A stretch of DNA of 64,000 nt from Octopus vulgaris (taxonomy: Eukaryota), in contig OX597821.1 of the NCBI GenBank assembly GCA_951406725.2, positions 34,658,001-34,722,000 on the forward strand, in the 5' to 3' direction. A program made the position numbers and the translations under genes. Shown here piece by piece: positions 14,206 to 27,248 of this stretch; within the stretch, counting starts at the first letter, position 1; each line of letters begins with the position of its first letter. The notes beneath the pieces were generated by a model that ran no database searches, was not told where the DNA came from, and saw only the letters and a list, made by a program, of their open reading frames with translations.

Positions 14206-14625
14206 TTACTCTTTACTCTTTACTCTTTTATTTGTTTCAGTCATTTGACTGCGGCCATGCTGGAGCACCGCCTTTAATCGAGCAACTCGACCTTGGGACT
14301 TATTCTTTTGTAAGCCCAGTACTTATTCTATCGGTCTCTTTTGCCGAACCGCTAAGTAACGGGGTCATAAACACACCAGCATCGGTTGTCAAGCAATGCT
14401 AGGGGGACAAACACAGACACACAAACATACACACACATACATATATATATATACATATATACGACGGGCTTCTTTCAGTTTCCGTCTACCAAATCCACTC
14501 ACAAGGCTTTGGTCAGCCCTTGGCTATAGTAGAAGATACATGCCAAAGGTGCCACACAGTGGGACTGAACCCGGAACCATGTGGTTGGTAAACAAGCTAC
14601 TTACCACACAGCCACTCCTTCGCCT
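14206..14625 (-). mobile_element. SINE family A, near full length
   Basis: Minus strand begins aggcgaaggagtggctgtgtggtaagtagcttg (A box), then B box, CORE-like segment and tandem tail. Confidence 0.9.
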
Positions 14626-15161
14626 AGGACTAGCATTTTTTTTTTTTTTTTGTTAAAATGTAATTTGAGAATTTTCTGATTGCTACCTTGTTTGATTGGA
14701 GATATTGGCCATGTTACTGTGTGCACACCTCCCTAAAGTGCATATAAGAAAGTTGCTTGCTCTAAAGCCTTGAAACACCAGAGGCAGAAGTCAAACATAT
14801 GACTGTACTATGTTTTATTTGTGGATCTTAAAAAAAATTGGAAGGGCATTTTGAATAATGGTGTAGACTTATATAAAAAAACAATTTTTTTAAAAAGCAC
14901 AAAAAGGACTAGCTTGGATGGTCATATTTGGAATGCTTTTGCTAGCGCAGTCTGAGTTGATCTTGGTTACCCAACCCATATATGGGCAAACTGAAAAAAG
15001 AAGTATCCTTACGTTTGAGAATGTTTAGACTTAGCATTGTTCTGTGACAAAAAAAATATATATATATATTTACTAAAACAAGTGAAGAAACCAAGATAAT
15101 CTTTAGTCCATATATTTTAATTCCTCTGATTCAGACAGTTTATCATCAATTTTCGAATAAA

Positions 15162-15192
<31 letters not shown>

Positions 15193-15794
15193 CACACTCA
15201 GTCTTGCATTATTAAGAAAGGGTGACGTATAAACAAACTAAATCAATAGATATTATTTTATAATGTCATTACAATTTTCATTAAAATTCTCAATTAAGTT
15301 ATTGTTACATTAAGATAATGTAATTATAATATATATATATATGTGTATATAATAAATAATTACATATATATAAATATATATATATGTATATAATAAATAA
15401 TTACATATATATATATATATGTATATAATAGATAATTACATATATGTATGTATATAATAAATAATTATATATATATATATATTGTCTAAATTAGCTTATC
15501 TATAAAAAAAATGCTATTATTGTTTGCAAAATCAAATATAATATCTGTGTATCTAATCTCAGTCTTTCTACCTTTCTTTCGGTCTGTCTTGTCCCCACTA
15601 CTTCTCTCTCTCTCCCCCCCTCTCTCTCTCTTTATTTATTTGGTAGTAACAATATCCTTACTATGGTGATCAATAATAACTGTAACAACACTAGCAAGGT
15701 AGAAATAACAGCAGCAAGAATGTGCTTAGCGTGGAGCGACAGCATCAACTTGAAGAGTATAAATTCTATTGACAGTGCCAGTATTTGACTGGTA

Positions 15795-15951
15795 CATCAT
15801 CATCATCATCATCATCATCACCGTTTAGCGTCCGCTTTCCGTGCTAGCATGGGTTGGACGGTTCAACTGGGGTCTGGAAAACCAGAAGGCTGCACCAGGC
15901 CCAGTCTGATCTGGTAATGTTTCTACGGCTGGATGCCCTTCCTAATGCCAA
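15795..15951 (-). mobile_element. Retroposon family C, 5'-truncated
   Basis: (cat)n cgtttagcgtccgctttccgtgctagcatgggttggacgg. Confidence 0.8.
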
Positions 15952-17099
15952 TATTACATATATTATATAATCTGTGCAGGATGTGAAAGTCAAAGTGAAC
16001 CTGGGTTAGATCTAGAATCAGATTGCAAATGGATATAACCAAATACTACATGGTAGATTGTCCCTCCAATCAATACCCTGATTCCACCCATCCACTGCAA
16101 TTTTTAAATAAAGCACACGAATATTAAATACAGCTTTCACTGTAAAACATTCCCTTCATCAGCCATTGAATGGCAATCAACAATTTTGCACCTGCCAATC
16201 ATCATTGGGGCCTATATGGTAGCAGACTTTCCTTTTGCTTCTTGTTATCCATGCTGAAACCACACCCAGTCTGAGGCAAGGTAACCACTCCAGCCACACA
16301 GAAACTAATTTGTTTTTTTTATTTGCTGAAGACTTTCAGCTTTCTTGCATTTGCCATATCTGAGGAAGTGTTTCCTGTTTATCTTTGTAATTCACAAAAC
16401 ATTGTTCTGCTATTTTTTCTAAGTCCAGTGGCAACCAATTGTATATCTAACTGCACACCCATAATACCCTATTGCCACTGAAAGAACCATAGACTGTCTT
16501 CCCCATGTCTTACAAAATTCATAAGTCCTTCATATTTCAGGCTGCCCTTTCATATACTTGCTCTATGAGTTCCATAAACTCTACAGTCAGTACCTTTTTT
16601 CTCAAGTAGTATAAAACAGTACAATAAGGTCAAGACTTTGCTTCATTGTGTCTTGGGAACAGGAATACTTTGTCTTAACTGCTTGGATGTTCAAGTTATT
16701 AGCAACATTCAGAAATCTAAGTTTTTGCATTCCTTTGCTCCTGCTTTTGCATTGCCCTTTTTTATCCTTCTTATGGAAAGCCTCTTGATGTAATTTATTG
16801 ATTCTCATTACATTGATGCTGCTACAATGCTGTTATAGTTCACCAGCCAAGATATTCAAGAGTTGATCATGCCACCAAGAATACTCTCCAAGGAATGATG
16901 TACATTCTGCTTGAACATACTCCAATGAAGCACCGTCACCATATTGATGACAATCAGTAGCATCCTGGCTCCACTATTTGATCCTTTGCATATTAACCCA
17001 CCTATGACCGCTCACTCAGCGATGGGTGCTCCAACCATACTCACTTCTATATGAAAGGAGTGATCTTCCACACCCAGGTATCATCCTCAAATAACCTTG

Positions 17100-17720
17100 A
17101 CACCTCTGGCTAAATCTGTACTGATTGCCTGAAGCAACAAGACCTTGAAATACTTCACTCCCCAGCAGTTATTACAAAATTTGGGTGAAACCCTCAACAA
17201 ATCTTGGGTGAAACCCTCAACAAAGCTTGGGTGAAACCCTCAACAAAGCTTGGGTGAAACCCTCAACAAAGCTTGGGTGAAATCCTCAACAAAGCTTGGG
17301 TGAAACCCTCAACAAAGCTTGGGGGAAACCCTTTGCAAAGCTTTGATGAAACCCTTTTACAAAGCTTTGGTGAAGCCCATAGTGGAGTACTACTCCCACA
17401 CCTGGGATGGTTCTACTACCACATCCTTAAATGCATTCCCAAAAGTCACTCAACAACATGCTCCAGCATCTAGCCCACTATCATATTGTGTTTACTCTCT
17501 GTCTTTTCTACTGATACTACAATAGCCTCATCTACTTAGAGCTCTATGCCCTCATGTCACTGTCACTCAGGCCCTCTTGACTCTCTTCAACCATCTTGGG
17601 TCACATACGCTAATCATTATGCCCTATCCTTCATCTCTAGATTATTGACCTTCTGGAATTATTCTTTCCCTGCCCACATGCTTTGTATCTCTTTGCAGCT
17701 ACAACTGATCACTCTCTCCC
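17100..17720 (+). mobile_element. Degraded CR1/Jockey-group LINE ORF2 fragment
   Basis: KYFTPQQLL...YKALVKPIVEYYSHTWDGS fits the LYK..VRP..EY....W motif. Confidence 0.6.
17174..17378. repeat. 23-bp minisatellite, ~9 copies
   Basis: Unit ACAAAGCTTGGGTGAAACCCTCA, head to tail with no spacers. Confidence 0.95.
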
Positions 17721-17844
17721 TTCCCTACTAAATGGGAGTAAACATGCAGCTCTTTTACAAGAACCTGTTCTGCTAGCCTAATCCCTCTTCTCCTAGCAAA
17801 AAGCCATCTCAGGGTTCGTATAGTCTTACAAGCTGCATTGTGAC

Positions 17845-18022
17845 CTCACTAGTGCTGATGGCATGAAAACAAAGCACCTGGCAATAGGAAGGGTATCTAG
17901 CTGTAAAACCATGCCAGAGCTGACATCGAAGTACTATGCAGTCCTTGGACACATCGGATCCTGCCAAACCATCCAACCCATGCCAGAAAGTAACACGGAC
18001 GTTACATGATGATGATGATGAG
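17845..18022 (+). mobile_element. Retroposon family C, diverged
   Basis: taggaagggtatctagctgtaaaacc...ccaacccatgccag...(gat)n. Confidence 0.6.
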
Positions 18023-18734
18023 TGATGTACTTCTGTTTTCTGCAGCTGTCAACTTGTGACACATCAGGCAGTGAGTTAACAGTGTGTAAATCTCTCTGGT
18101 CTTGATGGACCTGTGAAGGCTGAAGGCTGTCTCTGGTCACTGTCTCTTCCTCCAAGCCAAAATGAAAAAGAAAAAGAAGAAAAAAAAAACCCAAAAACTT
18201 TCAGTGGCTATTTTGTTGTGTCACACAACATTGCTTGTTGAGATTTGCTTGACTGATTGAAAACAGATACTATCCAAACCTACTTCATTATAGAAAAGAA
18301 AACCCACTCAGCTGTAAAAATTGTTGCTTCAACAAAAAAAAAAAAAAGAAAAAAGACCATTGAATGGTCTCATGTATGTGTGAGTCTTATCTATAGATCT
18401 CTCTCTCACACACAGGCTTACACATGTAGATTCTTAAATATATATAAGCATATGTGAAGAGAGAAAGGTTGACTGAAGAATAATATTGTTTAAAAGAATC
18501 AGAAATTGAAATTGGTATTTTCCCATTGGCAATAAAGATCTTCTCTATAGCAGGGAAAATTTGATTTGCTTCCCCCCCCCCCTTTTTTTTGTCTTTCTTT
18601 CTTTCTTTCTTTCATTTATTTTTCCTTCTCCTCTCCCACTTTATCTCTTTCTCTATCTCCCTTTGAACTCTCTCCTGCTCAGTCTCTCTCTCTCTCTCTC
18701 ATTTCTTTTCTCCTCTCTTCTGTTCTTCCTTCAG

Positions 18735-18782
18735 TCTCACCATCTTCCAACATCTTTCATGTGACAGCTTTAGCAGAAACTG
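18735..18782 (+). CDS. Candidate 48-nt symmetric cassette exon (phase 1: VSPSSNIFHVTALAET)
   Basis: Pyrimidine tract ending ttccttcAG (18733-18734), donor G|GTCAGT at 18783; length divisible by 3; open in phases 1 and 2. Confidence 0.4.
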
Positions 18783-19382
18783 GTCAGTTGGTTATGGCTT
18801 TACAGATAGACAATAACAAGCAAACTACATTGTGTTATCATATCATCATAGTCTACATTAGATGAAACCCCATGTCTTATAAAATCTGCAAGACTAGTCA
18901 CACCATTTCACACCTATTGCTGTTCAATATATTAGTAGTCATTCAGTTTTTGCACAATGACTTAGTCAAGTCTTTCCTATCTCTCTTTTTTTTTTGTTTT
19001 TTAATTGTATATTTTTACTTATTTTTTGCCACTATATATATATATATTGTATATTCACATCTCTTTTCTCGTGCTTTTTTACAGATTTCTGCTTAATAAA
19101 CACTATTTTATTTATTTAGTAATCTTACACACAAACGTGTGTGCCTGTGTGTGTGTGTAGATATGTATGTATATAAATATGCGTACATATCTCCGTAGAT
19201 GTGTTGTTACTGTCTTTATTTCATTAGATTCCTTCCTTTGATGTGTTTGTGTTCATATATACATATATATGTGTATATATATATATATTTATATATATAT
19301 ATACATACATATACACATATATATATATATATATACATACATATACATATATATACATACATATACATATATATACATACAT

Positions 19383-19416
<34 letters not shown>

Positions 19417-19581
19417 CACATATATGTATGTATAAGAATGCAAAATTCGATGTATAAGATGTGCATGTACAGGTGAACACATAATCACAAGAATGTTTTA
19501 GTTTATATGTATATATGTACTCACATGTGCATCTATATGTTTATATATATTTTCATATTTGTGTGTGTATGTGTGTGTGTG

Positions 19582-19616
<35 letters not shown>

Positions 19617-19730
19617 TCAAATACATGTATGCACACTCTATAGTTATGCACATGTACTTTGTTTGAATGTAACATTTATTTATCCAATATACAAAACTGA
19701 ATTGATTTTTCTTGCCTGGTTATTTAATAG

Positions 19731-19756
19731 ATTACAGACCAGTTAAAGCCATTTAA
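19731..19756 (+). CDS. Candidate alternative terminal exon (phase 1: DYRPVKAI*)
   Basis: ttaatAG at 19729-19730 after an ~85-nt AG-free stretch; TAA at 19754-19756 followed by U-rich sequence and AATAAA near 19834 and 19853. Confidence 0.4.
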
Positions 19757-21084
19757 TTTTTTCTTTTTTTTTTTTTTTTAATTCTGATTTGAAGAGTGAA
19801 AATTTTAAAATTAAAATTGTTCAAAGACTGGCTAATAAAGCAAAAGAAAAAAAAATAAAGTTAATTCATTTCAACTTATTTTATATGGAAGCTATGACTT
19901 ACTTTTTGGGGTGGGTTTCATCATAATCATTATTGTTATTATTATTATTTCAACAAATATTTATCAATTTCTGAAATGAAATGTTTCATATTTCTGGAAT
20001 TACAGTAATTTCTCCTTAATACATTTTTGCTCTTTGTTCTTCTCAACACTTCTGTTCGAAATTTTAAAAGCTTTTTCACTTCAGGTATAAGGGATTGGCA
20101 CTGTAATTATTTTTCTTTTGTTTTTTGTTCTTTGTTCTTTTTCTATATTTTTAAATTTAAATATGCCTCAGATCATCATACCATCTTCAAAGAAGAAGGT
20201 TCTTGAATAGAAAACAAAATACACTACTGGATACATTAAAGCTTATACAAGGACCACAGCATGAACAATTTGACCCTTTAGCATTCAGATTACTCTGTCA
20301 AATATAATGCTTATTTATTCACATTGTTTTAATAATACTTTATCTTGAAGCTTCAAGCTATCAGTGATATTGATTAAATCCTTAAATCCTTAAAAATGTT
20401 TTAGCCCGAAGGCCGCGGCCATGCTGGGGCACCACCGCTGAATGTACATTTTTAGAATGACATTGTAGGGAAGGTAGGTGGGAGAGGCCAGATCTGTCTG
20501 CATTGAACTTAAAACAAATCAAATATTTGGGCCAGACCTTGTCAAATTAAATTTCTTAAGGGATAGTCATGTTTTCAACAATGAGTGTTCCAGTTGATCA
20601 TTCGACTCTTCTAAATAACCTTATCATTATAGTCTGGAAGTACTCGTGAGCATTCTTGGTGTTGGACTAGGCTTGAGTTCTACCATATCCTCTGTAAGAT
20701 AGCCATGTAGTTCTTGATGGACTACTAGTTTGGTCTTCATTTTCTGACTGTCATTTAAGTGTCTCACAAAATTCAATCCCATCTTCTACTCTCCTTACAA
20801 ATCACTTCCCTTACCATACTTTTTAAAGCTGTTTCAATGATCCATTCACTTTCAATTGCTGAATTGAAGCTCCATGGATTCCATGCCATCCCATAAGGCT
20901 GGAGCGCAAGATGCATTAGGAGAGGTGGCCTCATTTGGTGTATAATGCTTTGTCTTCATTTTAAGCTCACACTTCTAAATTGCTTTTCCATCAGCAAATA
21001 AACTGTGCTAAACACTAATTGGTTTCTTAGTGGTAGCTTAAAGATCTCCATATTTTTTATCAGCAACAGTAGTAATAATAATAA

Positions 21085-22094
21085 TTGTTTGTAATTTTAA
21101 CACAAGGCCAGCAATTTTAGGGAGGGAGGGTTAAGTCAACTACATCGATACTGGTACTTTATTTTATTGATCCTGAAAGGATAAACAGCAAAGTTGACCT
21201 TGGCAATATTTGCACTTAGAATTTAAAGATCTGGAAGAAGTGTCACCAAGTATTTTTCCAGTGCTTTCACAATATTGCCAACTCATTGTCTTATCAATAA
21301 TAATAATAATAATCCTTTCTACTATGGGCAGAAGGCCTTAAATTTTGGGGAAGGGGCAGCTAGTCAGTTACATTGATCTCAGTGCATAACTGGTACTTAA
21401 TATATCAATCACAGTGTGTAACCAGCCCATAATTTTTCAACCCCGGTGCATAACTGGTACTTAATTCATCAACCCCGAAAGGATGAAAGATGAAGTCGAC
21501 CTCGGTGCAATTTGAACTCAGAATGTAAAGACAGACGAAATGCTGCTAAGCATTTTGCTTGGCATGTCAATGATTCAGCTAGCTCACCTCCTTTCAATTA
21601 TAATAATAATTCTTTCTACTACAGGTACAAGATCTGAAGTATTTGTGTGGAGCTGCTAGTCAATTTCATCGATTTCTCTGACCAACTTGACTGTGTTTAT
21701 TGACCCCAAAAGGATGAAAGGCCAAGTTGACCTCAGCAGAATTTGAACTCAGAACATAATGCTGAAACACTAAGCATTTTGGCTGCTGCACTAGCAATTC
21801 TGCCAGCTCACTGCCTTGATAATAACAATGATTATTATCTTTTAATAATTATAGTAATAACTATTTCTTTATTACCCACAAAGGGCTAAACACAGTGGGG
21901 ACAAACAAGGACAAACATAGGTATTAAGTCGATTACATCGACCCCAGTGCATAACTGGTACTTAATTTCTCGACCCCGAAAGGATGAAAGGCAAAGTCGA
22001 CCTCAGCGGAATTTGACCTCACAATGTAACGACAGACGAAATACCTCTAAGCATTTCACCCGGCGTGCTAACGATTCTGCCAGCTTGCTGCCTT
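21085..22094 (-). mobile_element. Tandem cluster of four SINE family B copies
   Basis: Units ~21085-21296, 21311-21596, 21610-21818, 21861-22094 separated by (AAT)n. Confidence 0.8.
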
Positions 22095-22931
22095 ATTAAT
22101 TATAATAATAACAAATGGATACATAGGATACCATAGTCTCTAGTAAACAGAAAGCCTAGATGATCACAGCTGGAGCATCTTTGATCATAGGCCTATTTGA
22201 TGCGGGTTGATCTGAGGTTAAACGACAGCAATCTCGATCAGAATACATTTTACATTCTTTTAACAGAACTGTCCATCTAGATTAAATATCTGTAAGGAAC
22301 TTGACCAGTTTGAAGCATGGCAGGTCATAGAAACTATCTTTGATTACTTTATCATTAGTAAATAACTCTGCATGCAAAACAGTAGTCGAGCTAATGTTAA
22401 CATATTTAATGCATGGACCATTAAAAAGCTAATTAGAAGTAATTATGCAGTGATGGCAAAAAAATCAATATCAATCTATGACTGATGTTATTAAGTGTTT
22501 GAACAAATCAGAGACAATTCCAAACATGTTTTGGTATCATTTTTGATCTCTCTGGCAAAGCTCTTCTTCTCTTGTCAAAATAGTGGTGAAAGATTGTAAA
22601 TTTGTTGGAATCCTCCACCACCTGCCAGAATTGTTAGTTGTGTACCTAAATTAGAAATTATTTTTAGTAAAAATAGTTCTTTTGTAGGATCACATAGACC
22701 CTTTTTTTTAAATGACAAGCTCAGGAAAGGAAAGAATAGTTACTGGCAGAACCATTAGTGCACTGGACAAAGTGTTTAACTGTATTTCCTTCAGCTTCTC
22801 ATATTCTGAGTTTAGATTCTGCTGAGGTAAACCTCGCCTCTCATCCTCTTTTGAAGTTGATGAGCATGAATTGAGCACTGGCATCAATGTAACTGACTAA
22901 CCCACTCACCCAAATTTCAAGCCTTGCACCT

Positions 22932-23235
22932 CATCATCATTATCATTATTTAGCATCCATTTTTCATGCTGGCATGGGTTAGATGGTTTGACTGGACTAG
23001 TAAGCCACAGAGCTGTACCATGCTTCAATCTGATTTGGCTTGGTTTCTATGCCTGGATGCCCTTCCCAAGACCAACCACTCCAAGAGTGTAGTGGGTACC
23101 TTTTACGTGTCACCAACATGGGCGCTTTTAATGTGTCACCAGCATGGGCGCTTTTAATGTGTCACCAGCATTGGCCATGAATATGATTCCACTTGGCTTG
23201 TCATGTCAGCAAATTGCAAAATGTCTCAATCACTT
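22932..23235 (-). mobile_element. Retroposon family C
   Basis: (cat)n tail, catgctggcatgggtt, subrepeats. Confidence 0.65.
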
Positions 23236-23705
23236 GAGACTCAAAAAAAAAAAAAACCCAATAAATTGCTTGTGTTTTAAGGACCCAGGACTGTACTAGT
23301 GACATGATACAAACAACCAATCTCTCTAATAGACTAACTGCAGTAACAAAATTCACAGTGAATGTACGCTCGTACTTATGACTGATGAAAATCCTATTAA
23401 GGCCATATATTACTTTGAAATCAGCTAAAATAAGTCAACAAAGATCCTCTATGTAGTCATTTAGTCTGCTTGAAGCAGCAGTAAAATCTCCCTCAAATTA
23501 TGCCTTAATATCTTAGAAGGAAAAAAATGATTGAAGAAGATGATCAGATACTCATTAGATTTGGCTGCTTTTCAGTTCTCACATACTGTACCTCCTGTGG
23601 TTGGGAAGGTATCATCATCGTAAGTGTTTTAGTTTCCAATTCTCCACACTGGCTTTGACTGGACAGACCTGCAATGCACTATATATATATATATATATAT
23701 ATATG

Positions 23706-23911
23706 GAGTGTTTACGAAAAAAAAAACAAAAGACGAAGACAGGTGGTATACAAAACAAACAGATGTATTAGTATAACGCTCAGGTATAGAAAAAGACTTT
23801 TACGTTTCGAGCCTTCACTCTTCTACAGAAAGGAACACAGAAAGAAACAAGGAGAGAAAAAAAAATGTATGTAGTGGCTAACGATCTATCATGGCGACTA
23901 GTGCCGGACAG
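23706..23911 (-). mobile_element. Penelope-terminal-like repeat (family F)
   Basis: Near-identical to 34128-34298 and, inverted, to 62033-62240; carries the GCTCGAAACGT hammerhead-like segment. Confidence 0.55.
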
Positions 23912-23970
<59 letters not shown>

Positions 23971-23971
23971 A

Positions 23972-24336
23972 TCTTTTATCTTTTACTTGTTTCAGTCATT
24001 AGACTACAGCTAGATTAGGGTACTGTCTTGAAAGGTTTAGTTGAACATATTGACCCCAGTCTGGTACTTATTTGGTCTTTAACATTGAACTGCTAAGTTT
24101 TGGGGGCATAAACAAACCAACACTGGTTCTCAAGCAATGGTTGGGACAAACACAACACCGGCACAATGACACACACACACACACACACATAATGGGGTAC
24201 TTTCAATTTCTGTCTTCCAAATCCACTAATAAGGCTTTGGTCAGCCTGTATAGAAGACACTTACCCAAGAAGTCGCACAGTGGAACTGAACCAAAGACTT
24301 CATGGTTAGGAAGCAAGCTTCCTAATGGCACAGCCA
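23972..24336 (-). mobile_element. SINE family A, diverged
   Basis: Colinear with the 14206 copy, many substitutions. Confidence 0.7.
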
Positions 24337-24482
24337 GGGTTGACACAACCACAGCATCATGCAACTTCAACGCCTCATGTGAAACCTGCACTTAAATGAA
24401 CAAGAACCTAAAATATGGTTTCAAATCGGTTAATTTCAGTCTTGTCTGTTTCAAAAGTGTAAAGGTATAATCACTATATATA

Positions 24483-24860
24483 TCATTATCATCATTTAAT
24501 GTCTGTTGTCCATGCTAGCATGGGTTGGATGGTTTGACCAGAGCTGGTAAGTTGAGGAGCTGCACTAGATTCCATTCTGATTTGGTATAGGTTTCTACAG
24601 CTGGATGCCTTTCCTAACACCAACCACTTTACAGAGTGTGCTGGGTGCTTTTATGCGTATGGCACCATGTGGGCACTTTTACGTAGAACCCCCATGGTTG
24701 CTTTTACATGGCACCACATGGGTACTTTTGCATAGCACTGCACAGACACTTTTATGTGGCACCACCATGAGTGCTTTACACCACCAGAAGGATTGGTCTT
24801 ACCACTTCTCTTGCAGGGTACGGGTCTTCTTGAGTACAGCCAGGCACCAGGTATCTCGAA
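24483..24860 (-). mobile_element. Retroposon family C
   Basis: catgctagcatgggttgg..., repeated ttttatgtggcaccac units. Confidence 0.65.
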
Positions 24861-24939
24861 AACAATATATTGTGCAGTTACGAAACGCAACTAGAATCCT
24901 TGAGACCACTTCAGATGATGTTGCCATTATCCAGATCTT

Positions 24940-25270
24940 GCCTGGTGAGTGTAAATACTCAACAAGGACTGAGTTCCTCATCAAAGCTAGAAAATACACT
25001 ATTCCTTATTCAACTATTAATCCTTTATGAATCTCAGGTGAGATTCCTAATGGAGTAGTGCTCATACGTTTGCGACAGTGCAGCTTCCTACATTGACATC
25101 CAGAATCACATCCAAAACAAATGGCTGCAAGATGGTTAGATAGTCTTCACCAAACACGATCCAGTAGTCTTCTGATATTCTGTCTCCTCTGCCTGCCTTT
25201 TCTGCTCATTGGAACTGGCTAGCCTCACAGCACCTCCACCCAAGCACTCCTGGTTTCTTTGTTTCTCCTC
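24940..25270 (+). mobile_element. Degraded LINE ORF2 fragment, same family as 17100
   Basis: QLLILYESQVRFLME*CSYVCDSA. Confidence 0.55.
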
Positions 25271-25284
25271 CTCCATCATTCATA

Positions 25285-25645
25285 CTGTTCAAGTGTGGCC
25301 ATTGCCAGTGCTGCCTTACTGGCTCCCATGCTGGTGGCATGTAAAAAGCACCATTTGAGTGTGGATCGTTGCCAGTGCCACCTGACTAGCTCCCGTGCCA
25401 GTGGCACATAAAAAGCACCATTCAAGCATGGTCGATGCCAGTACTGATTGGTCCTCATGCCAGTGGCATGTAAAAAGCACCCACTACACTATTGGAGTAG
25501 TTGGCATTAGGATGCATATCCAGCTGTAGAAACTTTGCCAGATCAGATAGGAGCCTGGTACAGCCTTCTGGCTTGCCAGTCCTCAGTCAAATCATCAAAC
25601 CCATGCCAGCATGGAAAGTGGATGATAAACGACAATGATGATGAT
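25285..25645 (+). mobile_element. Retroposon family C
   Basis: Three gccagt...gtggcatgtaaaaagcacc units and a (gat)n tail. Confidence 0.75.
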
Positions 25646-25659
25646 AATTTTTATTATTG

Positions 25660-26370
25660 TAGTGAGATGGTAGAATTGTTAGCATGCCGGGCAAAATGCT
25701 TAGCAGCCTTTCATCCATCTTTATGTTCTGAGTTCAAATTCCACTGAGGTCACCTTTGCCTTTCATCCTTTCAGGGTTGATAAATTAAGTACCAGTTTTG
25801 TACAGGGGTTGATCTAATCGGCTGACCCCTCCCCCAAAATTTCAGACCTTGTGTCTAGAGTAGAAAAGATTATTATTATTATTATCATTATTATTATCAT
25901 CAAAAGTGTTGGATTTGCAGAAAGATTAAACATAGAATGAAAAACCTTGTGGTATTTATTCTGGCTCTTAACATTCTGAGTTGAAATCCCACCTTGGTCA
26001 ACTTCCTCTTTCATCCCTCCATAGTTGATAAAATAAAGTACCACTCTAATTAGTGGTAATTGATTTAATCAACTCCATCCCTCCCTCCGTTCCTCAAACT
26101 TCCTGGCCTTGTGCCTATGTAACAGAATCAATTATTGTTATTATTGCCACAATTGTTAGAACTTTAGATGCAAAATTCCTTAGAGTATATATTAGTTCCA
26201 GCTCATTACGCTCCAAGCTTAAAACCCACCGAGGTCAAATTTGCTTTCATCTTCTCAGGGTCAATAAAATTAAGTACCAGTCAAGTACTAAGTGTGATAT
26301 AATTGGCTGCCCTCTGCCTCTGCAAACTTTCAGGCCCTGTGTCTTATGCTGGAAACAATTATTATCATTA
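25660..26370 (+). mobile_element. Tandem cluster of three SINE family B copies
   Basis: Units ~25660-25870, 25905-26130, 26150-26360 separated by (ATT)n. Confidence 0.75.
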
Positions 26371-26513
26371 TCATTTAATAAAGAAAATAGGTGTCTGGGT
26401 CTATAGTAACTGTGATTAAAACCTTTCTGGTGTTATTTTCATCATGCTTGGTTCTGAGATAAAATCTCTACAGTCAGTTAATCACCATAAATTATATATA
26501 TATATATATATGT

Positions 26514-26966
26514 AGGCGCAGGCGTGGCTTCCCAAAAACATGGTTCCGGGTTCAGTCCCATTGTGCTACACCTTGGGCAAGTGTCTTCTACTATAGCCTC
26601 AGGCCTACCAAATCCTTGTGAATGGATTTGGTAGACAGAAACTCAAAGAAGTTCAAACCCAAGCCGGTGGCACGTAAAAAGCACCATCCGATCATGGCCG
26701 TTTGCCAGACTCCCCTGGCACCTGTGCAGGTGGCACGTAAAATGCACCCATTACACTCACAGAGTGGTTGGCATTAGGAAGGGCATCCAGCTGTAGAAAC
26801 ACTGTCAGATCAGACTGGGCCTGGCACAGCCTTCTGGCTTCCCAGACCCCAGTTGAACCGTCCAACCCATGCTAGCACAGAAAACGGACGTTAAACAATG
26901 ATGATAATGATGTATATATGTGTGTGTGTGTATGTGTATATATATATATATATATGTATGTATATG

Positions 26967-27055
<89 letters not shown>

Positions 27056-27248
27056 TTCCATGTCTGTGTTTGTACCCCACTATCACTGGACAACCAGTGT
27101 TGGTGTGTTTACTTAGCAGTTCAGTAAAGAGACCGATAGAATAAGTACCATGCTTAACAGAAAAACGAGTAGCAGGGTCAATTCATTCGATGTGAAACTG
27201 TTCAAGGCAGTGCCCCAGTATGGCCACAGTCTGAAAGAAGTAAAAGAT
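26514..27248 (+). mobile_element. SINE family A interrupted by a family C copy (~26662-26910) and a long TA tract
   Basis: Head aggcgcaggcgtggc...gggttcagtccc; 3' half resumes near 27060. Confidence 0.75.

Noticed and set aside
17174-17378. CRISPR-like 23-bp repeats with an internal hairpin
   Set aside because: Units abut with no unique spacers, there are no cas genes, the context is eukaryotic, and the unit derives from LINE sequence.
19199-19746. Many overlapping ORFs rich in YI/HT/CV/LS/ER dipeptides (also near 2213, 12905, 26805, 38613, 40041, 49636, 50176, 54987, 61845, 62174)
   Set aside because: Translations of dinucleotide and tetranucleotide microsatellites.
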